Origin: an uncultured Clostridia bacterium
GTDB taxonomy: Bacteria > Bacillota > Clostridia > TANB77 > CAG-508
NCBI GenBank assembly: GCA_944388745.1
Contig: CALXJZ010000001.1
Coordinates: 5,976 to 69,975, forward strand
Length of the DNA: 64,000 nt
Direction of reading: 5' to 3'
Under the pieces are notes generated by a model, which had not been told where the DNA came from, did not search any database, and was given only the letters and a program-made list of their open reading frames with translations. Below are positions 10,401-19,220 of this stretch, in pieces. Numbering within the stretch: position 1 is the first letter of the stretch; each line of letters begins with the position of its first letter. The translations under genes were made by a program, and so were the position numbers.

Positions 10401-11478
10401 TTATCTCTAAACTTATCGTTTTTTGTATAGTTTGTTCTAAAGGTAGAGAAATATAGAAATCCTCTCCTATTAAATCTTCAATTGTTGTTCCTGCTGACAC
10501 TTGGTTTTTATTTTCATTTAGTAAAATGTAGTCATTTGTCTGTGCATTGTTTATTTTTGTAATAAATTCTAAATCAAATGCTTTTATATTATTTTTTGTA
10601 ATATGTATTGGTCCAATTATTGTTCTTGATCCTTGTATTTCATAATCTAATTCCTGTGTATCTATTTGTATTGGTGCTTTTTGTGCATTTGTAATATTGT
10701 CATATTCTGGTGCTTTTTCTTTCGCAATTCTTATTAGGTATTTATATAAAACTTCCGCTTGTACTTGTCTTTGTTGCCCTTCTGGTCTATTTAAATCTGA
10801 CAAAGTTGTATATGTTATTTTATTTTCTGTATAATAAAGCCATCCTGAATTACCTGTTTTATCATATATATTTCCGTTTTCCCCATAATTCGTAAAATAC
10901 CATAATGCTGCTTGTTGTACTGCTTCAATGTCGTCATTTGTTAATGAATATTGATAAGCACTACTATATATTCCTGCTGCATTTAATAAGTTCTCTTTAT
11001 ATTCTTCATTTGAAACTCCATCATAATAAAACATATCTAATATTGCTAATATTGCACTATATTGACTTATGGTTGTCCCATCATCTAGCTCTATTGTGCC
11101 TTCCACTAAGCCTCTTAATATTTCATTTTCTTTTGCAATATCTTCTTTTTCTTGTTTCATATCATAAAATACATCATACGTTGCTCTTTTATCTACATTT
11201 TGAAATCCTACTCCTGCTTTTAAGCAATATATATTATTTTCAGAGTATATATTTGATGTTGCATTTTGATATTCAATTAAATTCCAAATTTTATCTCCTC
11301 CTGAACTCGGATTTCCTATTGCATATCCTATCCCATCACTTTTAAGTTCAGTTATTCCAATGTATTTTGGATTGCTTGATGAATCTGTTGCCAATGATAT
11401 CGCATTTAAGCTAATTATTAGCATTAAAATTAAACTCACAAATACTACGATCACTGTTTTCAAACTTTTCATCTTCAT
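4471..11478 (-). CDS. giant cell-surface adhesin: signal peptide, N-terminal thioester (TQXA-like) domain, tandem SpaA-like prealbumin-fold isopeptide domains and DUF11/CARDB-like repeats, C-terminal TM anchor
   Basis: 2335 aa. Signal peptide MKMKSLKTVIVVFVSLILMLIISLNA. Cys (NIYCLKAGVGF) plus VQQAALWYF resembles the thioester Cys...TQxA(I/L)W motif. At least 8 repeats of G(P/S)NGYNKF.GSIEL.VAKK (SpaA-like). Four repeats of DLALRKF/W...YNHTKEPV...GD.V.Y.IRVYNEG...GYA.EI.D.LP (DUF11-like). Ends ...GGIVLITIAGGVFLIKKFVI without LPXTG. Confidence 0.85.
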   Translation of the reverse strand: MKMKSLKTVIVVFVSLILMLIISLNAISLATDSSSNPKYIGITELKSDGIGYAIGNPSSGGDKIWNLIEYQNATSNIYSENNIYCLKAGVGFQNVDKRATYDVFYDMKQEKEDIAKENEILRGLVEGTIELDDGTTISQYSAILAILDMFYYDGVSNEEYKENLLNAAGIYSSAYQYSLTNDDIEAVQQAALWYFTNYGENGNIYDKTGNSGWLYYTENKITYTTLSDLNRPEGQQRQVQAEVLYKYLIRIAKEKAPEYDNITNAQKAPIQIDTQELDYEIQGSRTIIGPIHITKNNIKAFDLEFITKINNAQTNDYILLNENKNQVSAGTTIEDLIGEDFYISLPLEQTIQKTISLEINIDYDKTNFTLWASNTNGDEQPVVIPEKEEISIPEKLEIEIPNLQGEYELELVKQDEISEAKLTGAIFSVNGQNKTATNSSGIVSLGTIQITNASTRDSYVIKEVTAPSGYNGFTGSIELNVAKKIENGRYVVDIANTTMVVKDSEGTEITENIPVTIDKTTGKITITVDNEKIAGEYGLEILKVDQENEEKVLEDARFKVTLADGTEKTERTNAEGKIEIEGIEITEEGTETIKIEEIEAPEGYNKIFNSVELEVTKGIQDGEYVVNNIELKNVEGTGLAEGKVNANLENGKITVTVPNKKIEGSYEIEIVKQDGVSGEKLSGAVFNVNNQDKTATNSSGILSLGTVEITDITRPDTYVIKETTGPNGYNKFDGSIELNVAKKLENGNYVVDTENTTMVVKDSTGTEITQNIPVTIDKTTQKITITVDNVKKEFDLSLRKYITKVNGETLTGSNTRIPNIDTTTLENGTTATYKHRKDPVKVETGNIVTYEITIYNEGEKEGRATKIVDQLPEGLKFSQVVSGNFELESYDEETNTVNLIRKAGNTDNLAKYTGGELDKETIEITCEVVEQPGEREKVLTNVAWIAEEYDAESNVTITNQEGLDRDSEPETEPSVNQTNMENYTGNNNQSNLADSNYYYKGQQDDDDFEKLILDKATGNYEIELVKQDGKTEEKLSGAVFNVNGEDKTATNASGIVNLGTFTITNIETPDTYVIKEITGPNGYNKFEGSIELSVAKKLENGNYVVDTENTTMVVKDSTGATITENVSVTLDVTTGKVTITVENEKIAGGYNLEILKVDQENEEKVLEGAEFKVRLADGTEKTERTNAEGKIEIEGIEITEEGTETIKIEEIEAPEGYNKIFNSVELEVTKGIQDGEYVVNNIELKNVEGTGLAEGKVNANLENGKITVTVPNKKIEGSYEIELVKQDGETGAKLTGAIFNVNGEDKEATNASGIVNLGTFGIANTEIPDTYVIKETTGPNGYNKFDGSIELSVDKKLDNENYVIDAENTTMVVKDSEGTEITQNIPVTIDKTTGKITITVDNEKIEGNYVVEIVKKEQGTETVLPGAVFNVNGEDREATNANGILSLGTVEITDTTTLDTYTITETSAPEGYNKFEGSIELSVAKTIQNGVYVIDTENTTMVVKDSTGATITQNIPVTINITTGRITIEIDNEKIVGDYELEIVKVDSETETPLSGAVFNVNGEDREATDSNGILNLGTFQITDTTTLDTYTITETSAPDGYNKFTGSIELSVAKTIQNGVYVIDTENTIMVVKDNTGATITENVPVTIDKTTGKITITVDNVKKEFDLALRKFIVAVSRDENIEEDEYLRNEDGSYSRAPVVDASILNTEDENGNLITTATYNHTKEPVEVRKGDTVIYTIRVYNESELSGYAEEITDYLPDELEFLPNHLINQQYEWTIEGNRVTTDYLSKEKETEERQNLIEAFDETRVNEEEPLYYKEVQIACKVKDNARSDWKITNLAQITEDADKNGDETDDRDSTPDGGFEEPEGEDRPTYKDDETGEYIPGQEDDDDFEKVIVKEFDLALRKFIIAVSNDQTIEEDEYLRNEDGSYTREPVVDTSLLNTEDEEGNLITTAIYNHTKEPVLVQKNDIVIYMLRVYNEGDIDGYAAEIKDHLPPYLEYVDGEFNDQYGWEVSEDGRTLTTRYLENSLINKPVINEEGAYELSYQEVPVMCRVIESAPTNENITNIADITEYQDDNHEEITDRDSESDNVELPNDENLPGYKDDETGEYIPGQQDDDDFEKVIVKEFDLALRKWVTEAIVIENGKETVTVTGHQPYDDPEEIVKVELHRKKLNQVTVKFRYSIRVTNEGDIPGYVKEITDYIPEGLRFDPADNPGWTDEGNNVISTRLPQDILLQPGEYTEVEVVLTWINNENNMGVMTNIAEISEDDNDYDLPDKDSTPDNQKEGEDDIDDAPVMISISTGATRTYFMLGGIVLITIAGGVFLIKKFVI

Positions 11479-11710
11479 GCTCCTTTTTTTATAATATATA
11501 TATTATTATAACATTTATATCTATATATATCTTTTGGATATTTTTTACTTATATCATCTAATTTTTACGCTTCTACCATTTTTACGCTTTATTACATTAA
11601 TATTAATTTTTCTTGATTTTTTTGCAATCTTATACATTTTTACAAATCATAATTGTCAAATCCTTACGGATTATTAGGCTAGAAACAAATTTATTAGAAC
11701 AAAAAAAAAC

Positions 11711-11730
11711 GAGTATAACTCGCTTTTTAA
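11711..11730 (-). terminator. rho-independent terminator downstream of topA
   Basis: Minus-strand read AAAAAGCGAGTTATACTCGTTTTTTTTTG: a short GC stem followed by a 9-U tract. Confidence 0.55.
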
Positions 11731-11742
11731 TAAGGTTGATAA

Positions 11743-13796
11743 TTATTTTTTATTTGATACTTTCTTACTTGCTTTTTTATTAGTTTCTTGTAAATCTTTA
11801 TTCTCTTCAGGGTTCCATTTTTCCCCCTTTTTAGGCTTATTCCATGAAATATAATCACAAGATTTAGGATTATTTTCACAAATATAGTAATTTCTTCTTC
11901 TTTTCGTTTTTCTAACTTGTACTTTTCCTCCACATTTAGGACATGGAACATCTATTGTTTCTACAATTGGCTTTGTATTCTTACATTCAGGATATCCTGG
12001 GCATGCTAAGAATTTTCCATATCTTCCATATTTATATACCATCATTCTACCACACTTTTCACATGGTATATCAGATACTTCATCAACTAATTCCACATGC
12101 TCTAACTCTTTTTCTACTTTTTCTATTTCTTTTTCAAATGGTCCATAGAATTCTCTAATCATTTTTTTCCATGGTTCTTTTCCTTCTGCAATTTCGTCAA
12201 ATTCATTTTCTATTTTGGCGGTAAACTCTACATTTATTACATCACCAAAATTTTCTGTCAATAATTTATTTACTATTTTGCCTAGTTCCGTAGGGACTAA
12301 TTGCTTTTGTTCTTTTTCAATATATCTTCTTTCCAATATTGTTGTAATTGTTGGAGAATACGTACTTGGTCTACCTATTCCTTTTTCTTCTAACGCTTTT
12401 ACTAGGCTTGCTTCTGTATATCTTGGTGGTGGTTCAGTAAAGCTTTGTTTAGGATTTATTTTTTCTAATTTAACCTCCTGTTTTTCTTTTAAATCTGGTA
12501 ACATTCCTTCTACTTCTTGTTCTTTTTGGTCTGTACCTTCAACATAAAGTTTCATAAATCCTTCAAATTTTATCCTTTGCCCATTTGCTTTAAATGTATA
12601 TTGATTTGCATCAATTGTTACAGCCATTGTATCGAATATTGCTGCTGCCATTTGACTTGCCATGAATCTATTATATATTAATTTATATAACTTATATTGG
12701 TCTTTTGTTAATGATTCTTTTATTGCATCTGGTTCTAAATCACTATATGTTGGTCTTATACCTTCATGCGCATCTTGTGAGTCCTTTCCAGTTTTGTAAT
12801 ATCTATTTTCATAGTATTTTTCACCATATGTTCCTACAATATGTTCTTTTGCCGCTTTTCTCGCTTCTTCTGAAATTCTTGTTGAGTCTGTTCTCATATA
12901 TGTAATTAGACCAACTGTGCCTTTTTCTGGTATTTTTACTCCTTCATATAGTCCTTGTGCAATTGACATTGTCTTTTTTAAAGTAAATCCTAATTTTCTT
13001 GATGCTTCTTGTTGCATTGTGCTTGTTGTAAACGGTGGTGCTGGTGTTCTTTTTCTTTCTCCTTTTTTTACTTCTTCTATTATATATTTTGCTTTTTCTA
13101 TATCTTTTAATATTTTATCTACTTCTTCTTGTGAATGTATATCTAATTTTTTGCCATTTTTTCCATAAAATCTTGCTTCAAAACCTTTTTTGCTTTCTTC
13201 ATCTAATAAATCTACATATATGTTCCAATATTCTTCTGGTATGAATTTTTCGATTTCTTCTTCTCTGTCAACAATCAATTTTACAGCAACTGATTGCACT
13301 CTTCCTGCTGATAATCCTCTTTTTACTTTTTTCCATAGAACAGGACTCATTTTATATCCAACAATTCTATCTAATACTCTTCTTGCTTGTTGTGCATCTA
13401 CTAGGTTTGTGTCTATTTCTCTTGGATTTTTTATCGCATTTTGTACTGCTGTTTTTGTTATTTCATTAAATGTAACTCTTGACATTTTATCTTTATCTTC
13501 TGATAAAATATATGCTAAATGCCATGCAATTGCTTCTCCTTCACGGTCAGGGTCAGTTGCAAGATATACTTTTTTTGCTTTTTTTGCTTCTTGTTTTAAT
13601 GATTTTATTAAATCACCTTTTCCTCTTATATTAATATATTCAGGTTCAAAATCATGTTCTATATCAATACCCATTTTTGATTTCGGTAAATCTCTTATAT
13701 GTCCCATTGAAGCTAATACTTTTGTACTTCCTCCTAGGAATCTTTTTATAGTATTTGCTTTTGCTGGTGACTCAACTATTACTAATTTATCTGCCA
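11743..13796 (-). CDS. topA: DNA topoisomerase I
   Basis: Toprim N-terminus LVIVESPAKANTIKRFLG, the active-site Tyr region, and C-terminal Cys4 zinc-ribbon repeats (CEKCGRMM...CPGYPEC, CPKCGGK...C). The ORF track's start at 13860 is an RBS read-through; the true ATG is about 13796 with a GGAGAGAA SD. Confidence 0.9.
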
Positions 13797-13943
13797 TAAA
13801 ATTCTCTCCTTTTGTATGTTGATTAAATCTCAAACGAAGTTCGCCACTGTGCGACGTCAAAATTGTAATTATTTTTCAACTACTTCTACTTATAGTATTC
13901 TAGACTAATTTCATACAATTTGCAAGTATTTGAAATAATTTTA

Positions 13944-14267
13944 TTATATTTGAATAGCTTTTTTCCATAAATCATATACAATATCTTCTACACTAATTGG
14001 AGTTACTTCATTTTCTTTAAATAATGTTAATATTTCTTCAATCTTTTTTTCATCATTTGATAAATATGTAATTTCTTTTTCTTCTGTTTTTGTATCGTTA
14101 TTTTTATACTCTGTTTTTATTACTTTAATTCCAAATCTTGCTTTTTCACCTTTCATTATTTCATCTTCATTGATTATTTTATAATATTCTAATTTAATTG
14201 GATAATTTATCCCAGCCTCCTCTAGTTCTTCTTTTTTTATAAAAGTGCTTGTATAAAAAATTTTCAA
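13944..14267 (-). CDS. hypothetical small protein
   Basis: 107-aa ORF with coding-like composition. No recognisable motif. Confidence 0.4.
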   Translation of the reverse strand: MKIFYTSTFIKKEELEEAGINYPIKLEYYKIINEDEIMKGEKARFGIKVIKTEYKNNDTKTEEKEITYLSNDEKKIEEILTLFKENEVTPISVEDIVYDLWKKAIQI

Positions 14268-14533
14268 TTGCTTGCCCCTTTCTCTTTTGTTTTTGTAAGC
14301 CTTGTAAATTATATGCTTGCCTTTTAATAATACTATGATTTTCTAAGGGTTGCAAGAACTTTTCATCGCAAGTTTTGCTATATTTTTATATAAAATTACA
14401 TATTTTGATTTTCTTTTTATCTTTTTTATTTTTTTCTACAAATTTCTCATTCAATTATAATATTTAATTTTTAAAATAATTTTCTATTATTTTTATACAT
14501 AATATATTGTGTCGTAAAATTTCATATTGTTTT

Positions 14534-15061
14534 TTATTCTTTTAATTCTTTTTTATATATTTTATAATCATTCATATTTTCTTCTACTAAATCCCAGAAT
14601 TTTTTTGAATGATTCATTTCTCTTAAGTGGCACATTTCATGTAATACCACATATTCAATTACTTTTTCTCCTTTGTTTGCTAATTTTAAATTTATTGTAA
14701 TATTTCTTTTACTAGAACAACTTCCCCATGCATATTTGATATCTTTTATTCTAACTTTATTTGGCATCACGTATAATGTCTTAGAATATTTCTCTATACT
14801 TTTTTCTATTACAAATTTTAGTCTTTCAACATCTTTTGCTTCTATTTTTTCTTCTTTTTTTGGCTTCTGTTCATATCTTTTGACATTTTCATAAATCCAT
14901 TTTGACTTTTTATTTATAAATTCTTGTATGTATTTGTCTTTTATTCTTATTGGTGCTTTAACTATTACTTTTCCTTCTTTTATATGTATATACATGTTTT
15001 TTATTTTTGATTTTACCATTGTATATGGTATTTTTTCTCCATTATATTCTATTTCATTCAT
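14534..15061 (-). CDS. DUF45/YgjP-like (M48-related) zinc metallohydrolase
   Basis: C-terminal VLHEMCHLREMNHSKKFWDLVEE is the HExxH...H..FW signature of the YgjP/DUF45 family. Likely start at the internal Met with an AGAGGAAGA SD; the ORF track extends to 15082. Confidence 0.7.
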   Translation of the reverse strand: MNEIEYNGEKIPYTMVKSKIKNMYIHIKEGKVIVKAPIRIKDKYIQEFINKKSKWIYENVKRYEQKPKKEEKIEAKDVERLKFVIEKSIEKYSKTLYVMPNKVRIKDIKYAWGSCSSKRNITINLKLANKGEKVIEYVVLHEMCHLREMNHSKKFWDLVEENMNDYKIYKKELKE

Positions 15062-15110
15062 TATTTCTTTTCTTCCTCTCAAAACAAAGCTGACTGTAAT
15101 TATTTTTCAA

Positions 15111-16322
15111 TCACTTTTTAAATTGTACTAAATCATCCACATCCATCTTAGTTGCTCTTGTAACTGCATTATATCCATATTTGTTTTTCAATTGGTCTAT
15201 TACCTTGTCTAGTTTTTCTTGTTTTTCATTTTTATTTTCATTAAATAACGAAATCTGTTCATCTTTTTTATCTGTCAAATTATCTACTCTAACTCCCACA
15301 AGCCTTATTTCTTGTCCTTTATGATACATTTCGTGTAATAATTCTTTTGCAGTCATATATATTTGTTTTGTTGTATCAGTTACTTCAGGTAGCTTTTTTT
15401 GATGTGATGTATCTTCAAAGTTTTTGGTTCTTAATTGAACATTAACTGTACTTGCAAATAATTTTTCTTTTCTTAATCTGTATGCTACTTGTTCTGATAT
15501 CGTTAAGACTATTTCTTCTAATTTATCTATATCTGAAATATTTTTAGGTAATGTTACTGAATTTCCTATGCATTTAGGTTTTTCTGGCAAGTATTTTACT
15601 TCTGATGAATCTATTCCATTTGCATATTCCCACATTAAAATTCCATGTTTTCCAAATTTCTTTTCTAGTTTTGTTTTATCAGTTTTCGCTAGGTCTCCTA
15701 TTGTTTTTATTTGCATGTTATATAGTTTTGGGACTGTTTTCTTTCCTAGCATGAATAATTCTGAAACAGGTAATGTCCACATTTTTTGCGGTATTTCTTC
15801 TTTCCACAAGGTGTGTACCCTATCTGGTTTTGTAAAGTCTGATGCCATTTTTGCAAGTAATTTATTGTTTGCAACTCCAACATTTACTGTAAATCCTAAT
15901 TCTTCTCTAACTCTTCTGTTTATTTCATATCCTTTATTTAGTAAGGTATCATTTCTTAAATAATTTGTCATATCTAAGAAGCATTCATCTATACTGAATC
16001 TTTCTATTTTGTCTGTATATTCTAATAATAATTGATATAACTGATTTGAATATTTACGGTATATTGGAAAGTTTGAAGGAAATATTTTTAGGTTTGGACA
16101 TTTTATTCTTGCTTGGTATATTGTATCTGCCGTTTTTACTCCACATTCTTTTGCTTTCATACTTTTTGCTAAAACAATTCCTGACCTTTTGCTTTCATCT
16201 CCTCCAATTATTGCTGGTATTTGTCTTATATCTATTTCGCTTCCTTGTTTTAGCATTTCTACTGCTGTCCAACTTAAAAATGCATTGTTTACATCTACAT
16301 GCAATATTTGTTTTTCCATCAA
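15111..16322 (-). CDS. dinB: Y-family DNA polymerase (DNA polymerase IV-like)
   Basis: ILHVDVNNAFLS ... SIDECFLDMT ... palm/finger motifs of the UmuC/DinB family; about 400 aa. Confidence 0.8.
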   Translation of the reverse strand: MMEKQILHVDVNNAFLSWTAVEMLKQGSEIDIRQIPAIIGGDESKRSGIVLAKSMKAKECGVKTADTIYQARIKCPNLKIFPSNFPIYRKYSNQLYQLLLEYTDKIERFSIDECFLDMTNYLRNDTLLNKGYEINRRVREELGFTVNVGVANNKLLAKMASDFTKPDRVHTLWKEEIPQKMWTLPVSELFMLGKKTVPKLYNMQIKTIGDLAKTDKTKLEKKFGKHGILMWEYANGIDSSEVKYLPEKPKCIGNSVTLPKNISDIDKLEEIVLTISEQVAYRLRKEKLFASTVNVQLRTKNFEDTSHQKKLPEVTDTTKQIYMTAKELLHEMYHKGQEIRLVGVRVDNLTDKKDEQISLFNENKNEKQEKLDKVIDQLKNKYGYNAVTRATKMDVDDLVQFKK

Positions 16323-16367
16323 ATCACCTTCTCTCCGATATTTAATTTAGTATTTATTAGTCACTTT

Positions 16368-16396
16368 ATTATAGAATATTTGTTTGTCTTTGTCAA
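16368..16396 (-). promoter_or_regulatory. consensus sigma-A promoter for the dinB-like gene (TTGACA, 17 nt, TATAAT)
   Basis: Minus-strand read TTGACAaagacaaacaaatattcTATAAT about 45 nt upstream of a GGAGAG SD and the ATG. No GAAC-N4-GTTC LexA box seen. Confidence 0.6.
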
Positions 16397-16404
16397 TATT
16401 TTAA

Positions 16405-16434
16405 AGGGATTTAGAGCTCCGTCCCCTAATCCCT
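16405..16434 (-). repeat. GGGGACG-core hairpin (AGGGATTAG GGGACGGAGCT CTAAATCCCT) overlapping the gdpP stop codon
   Basis: 9-bp inverted arms with a loop carrying the same TAGGGGACG core as the family A/B repeats. No strong U-tract follows. Confidence 0.55.
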
Positions 16435-18453
16435 CTCTGAGAAATATTCATTTATTCTGTTTATTAATTCTTGTTTTGTTTCTTCTATTGTCATTCCTTC
16501 TACTTGTGCTCCGGCAAGTGTTATATGTCCACCTCCGCCTAGTTTTTCTAAGATAATTTGTACATTGATGTCTCCTATTGAACGTCCACTTATACATACT
16601 TTGTCTCCTAAGTTTCCTATTACAAATGATGCTGTGATGTCACTTATTGTTAATAGTTCATCTGCTGCTTTTGCACAAATTAGACTTACATCTTTGGTTT
16701 TTTTGTCATATATAGATATTGCTATTGTGTCATTTACTATTTCTGCTTTTTTGACTACATCTGCTATTTTATTGAAGCTTTTTAAGTCACTTTGAAACCA
16801 TTTTTTCACTCTTATTATATCTACTCCACACCTACGTAAATATGCTGCCGCTTCAAATGTTCTAACACCTGTTTTAAATGTAAAGTTTTTAGTATCCATC
16901 ATTATTCCTGCATATAGGCTTTCTGCTTCTCTTTCTCTTAGATTTACTTTTACATCTGCATATTGCAATATCTCTGTTACTAATTCTGCTGCTGAAGATG
17001 CATAAACTTCTTGGAATGTTAGTGTCGCTTTTTCTACATAGTCTGTGCTTCTTCTATGATGGTCGATTACTACTATTTTTTCTGTTTTGTCTAATAATTC
17101 CGGTGCTTCCACATAATTTACTTTGTTTGTGTCTACTATAACTAACAATGTTTCTTCATTTATATTTTCAATTGCCACTTCTTTATTTATCATTATGTCT
17201 TCATATTCGCTATCTTTTTCAATGGATTTTAAGAAATTTTCTATTTGTGTGACATTTTTGTCATATACTATATAAGCATCTTTATCCAATGCTTTTGCTA
17301 ATCTATATATTCCCATACATGATCCTATTGCATCCATATCTGGATTTGTGTGTCCCATTATCATGACTTTTTGAGAATTTAGTATTAAGTTTTCTAATGC
17401 GTGTGCTACAACTCTTGCTTTTACTTTTGTTCTTTTTTCTACTTCTTGTGCTCTTCCTCCAAAGAATTTGTATATTTCATTTTCTCTTATTACTGCTTGG
17501 TCTCCTCCACGTCCTAATACTATGTCCATTGCAGTTTGTGCTGATTTATATTTTTCTTTATCTGTTGAGCCTTCATTTGATACTGCAATACTAAGTGTGA
17601 ATTGTGTTTTATCATTTATATTTATTTCTTTTATTTTATCTAATATACTAAATTTATCTTCTTTTACCTTTTCTAAATATCTTTGCTCAAAGAAATATAC
17701 ATATCTATCTTTTTCTATTTTTAACAATACTCCATTTGTCTCATTTGCCCATTCATATATGCATTTATCTATCTCTGCTGTTGCTTGTGGCTTTTCTTCG
17801 CTTTCTAGTCTTTGTATTGTTTCCTCATAATTGTCTATCATTATTATTGCTATACATGATTTTGAGTCTTTATATTCCTTTTGTAACTTGATATTTTCTG
17901 AGTCATCTATGAAATATAAAATTATCATATACTCTTTTTTAGATTTTTTTTCTTTGTTCTTGTTTTTATTATATTTTACATATTTTGCAATTACTTTATA
18001 GTCTTTTTCGCCTATCATTACTTGCTTAGTAATTTCTTTTTTACTATCTTTCTCATTGTCTTTTTTTATTGCATCTTTTACGTCTAGGCTAATATCATCT
18101 ATATATGTGTTTATATCTATATTTGCAAATTCAGTTGTAAATTTTGAACTTTTCCATATCACATTTCCGTCATTTTCCATGATTATTAATGGAAATGGTG
18201 AATTTATTAAACTTGTTTTTGCTGCTGTATCTACTGTTAATGTTAAGTCCTGTAAAGTTTCTGATATTTCGCTTTTTCTTTTCTGGTTTGTATAGTATGT
18301 ATATGCTAATAACAATAGGTATCCAATTATTGCATATATTGTCACTTCTGGTGCTTGCCAACATATAACTATTAGTAAAATAAGTATTAATGCTAAATAT
18401 ATTTTTGTTCTAGATGTTATTGTATCTAAAACTTTTCTATTTGTATTTTGCAT
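16426..18453 (-). CDS. gdpP: cyclic-di-AMP phosphodiesterase GdpP (TM, PAS, degenerate GGDEF, DHH-DHHA1)
   Basis: Two N-terminal TM helices. DHH motif region MIMGHTNPDMDAIGS...VIDHHRRS. DHHA1 GGGH (KLGGGGHITLAGAQ). About 675 aa, as expected for GdpP/YybT. Confidence 0.85.
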   Translation of the reverse strand: MQNTNRKVLDTITSRTKIYLALILILLIVICWQAPEVTIYAIIGYLLLLAYTYYTNQKRKSEISETLQDLTLTVDTAAKTSLINSPFPLIIMENDGNVIWKSSKFTTEFANIDINTYIDDISLDVKDAIKKDNEKDSKKEITKQVMIGEKDYKVIAKYVKYNKNKNKEKKSKKEYMIILYFIDDSENIKLQKEYKDSKSCIAIIMIDNYEETIQRLESEEKPQATAEIDKCIYEWANETNGVLLKIEKDRYVYFFEQRYLEKVKEDKFSILDKIKEININDKTQFTLSIAVSNEGSTDKEKYKSAQTAMDIVLGRGGDQAVIRENEIYKFFGGRAQEVEKRTKVKARVVAHALENLILNSQKVMIMGHTNPDMDAIGSCMGIYRLAKALDKDAYIVYDKNVTQIENFLKSIEKDSEYEDIMINKEVAIENINEETLLVIVDTNKVNYVEAPELLDKTEKIVVIDHHRRSTDYVEKATLTFQEVYASSAAELVTEILQYADVKVNLREREAESLYAGIMMDTKNFTFKTGVRTFEAAAYLRRCGVDIIRVKKWFQSDLKSFNKIADVVKKAEIVNDTIAISIYDKKTKDVSLICAKAADELLTISDITASFVIGNLGDKVCISGRSIGDINVQIILEKLGGGGHITLAGAQVEGMTIEETKQELINRINEYFSERD

Positions 18454-18532
18454 CTTTCTTCTCCTTTTATTTATTCTTATTTATTTTACTAGGGTTTATG
18501 CATTTTGTCAAGAACTATCGTCGTTTTCTTAT

Positions 18533-18580
18533 GTAAATTAAAAGTTGAGATAAAAACTATTATACATTTTCATCTCAACT
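18533..18580 (-). terminator. rho-independent terminator after acpP
   Basis: Inverted repeat AAGTTGAGAT..N20..ATCTCAACTT followed on the minus strand by TTTTAATTT. Confidence 0.55.
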
Positions 18581-18623
18581 TCTATTTACATTATAGAATC
18601 TATTATAGTAATCTATACATTAA

Positions 18624-18866
18624 TTATTTTACATTTTCTTTAATGTAGTCAACTACATCTCCTACTGTAACAACTTTTTCAGCATCACTATCTGGAATTT
18701 CAATATCAAATTCTTCTTCTAATGCCATTACTAATTCAACTATATCTAAAGAATCAGCACCTAAATCATCAATAAAAGAAGCTTCCATTGTTACTGCTGT
18801 ATCAGCTACTCCTAATTGTTCTACAATAATTCCTTTTACTTTTTCTAAAATTTCTTCTGAACTCAT
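18624..18866 (-). CDS. acpP: acyl carrier protein
   Basis: [20 protein letters not shown] phosphopantetheine-attachment motif. True start is MSSEEILEK (about 18866) after a GGAGGTGAA SD; the ORF track's extension to 18917 translates the RBS. Confidence 0.85.
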   Translation of the reverse strand: MSSEEILEKVKGIIVEQLGVADTAVTMEASFIDDLGADSLDIVELVMALEEEFDIEIPDSDAEKVVTVGDVVDYIKENVK

Positions 18867-19220
18867 ACCTTCGAGTTCACCTCCTCTCAAGTTTGTAATG
18901 CTTAATTTATATTTCATTTATATTATATGTTTTTGCATTTGTCAAGCATATTGTTAAAATATTTTTATTTTGTACTATTAAGTCAAGAAAAATGTATATT
19001 TTACTAATAATATAATACTCCTTTTGTTTTATATTATCTTTATGTGTACTACTTGTATAGCTAAAAAACCACTCAAATCAAAAAGCCAAAAGCATTGTAT
19101 ATTAACACTTCTAGCTTTTAGCCGTAAAATTTTAAATTACATTTTATCATTTTTTATTCAAGAAAGTAATAAAAACAATAAACTTTTCTTATTATTGTAA
19201 ATATACTAGTACAAATTTAT

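Noticed and set aside
4545-11345. Numerous 60-210-aa ORFs on the + strand inside the adhesin gene (and similarly inside the LRR/dockerin genes, for example 31242..32174, 35809..36282)
   Set aside because: They are antisense to long, well-supported genes, are low-complexity (Leu/Phe/Ser-rich), lack an RBS, and their repetition merely mirrors the sense-strand repeats.
13797-13860. N-terminal extensions in the ORF track (topA MTSHSGELRLRFNQHTKGENF, acp[18 protein letters not shown], rnc MKGGRKLI, udg [18 protein letters not shown])
   Set aside because: Each extension is the in-frame translation of the gene's own Shine-Dalgarno or upstream repeat. True starts were placed at the downstream Met preceded by the SD.
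16323-16425. LexA (Cheo) box upstream of the dinB-like gene
   Set aside because: No GAAC-N4-GTTC palindrome. Only a consensus sigma-A promoter is present.
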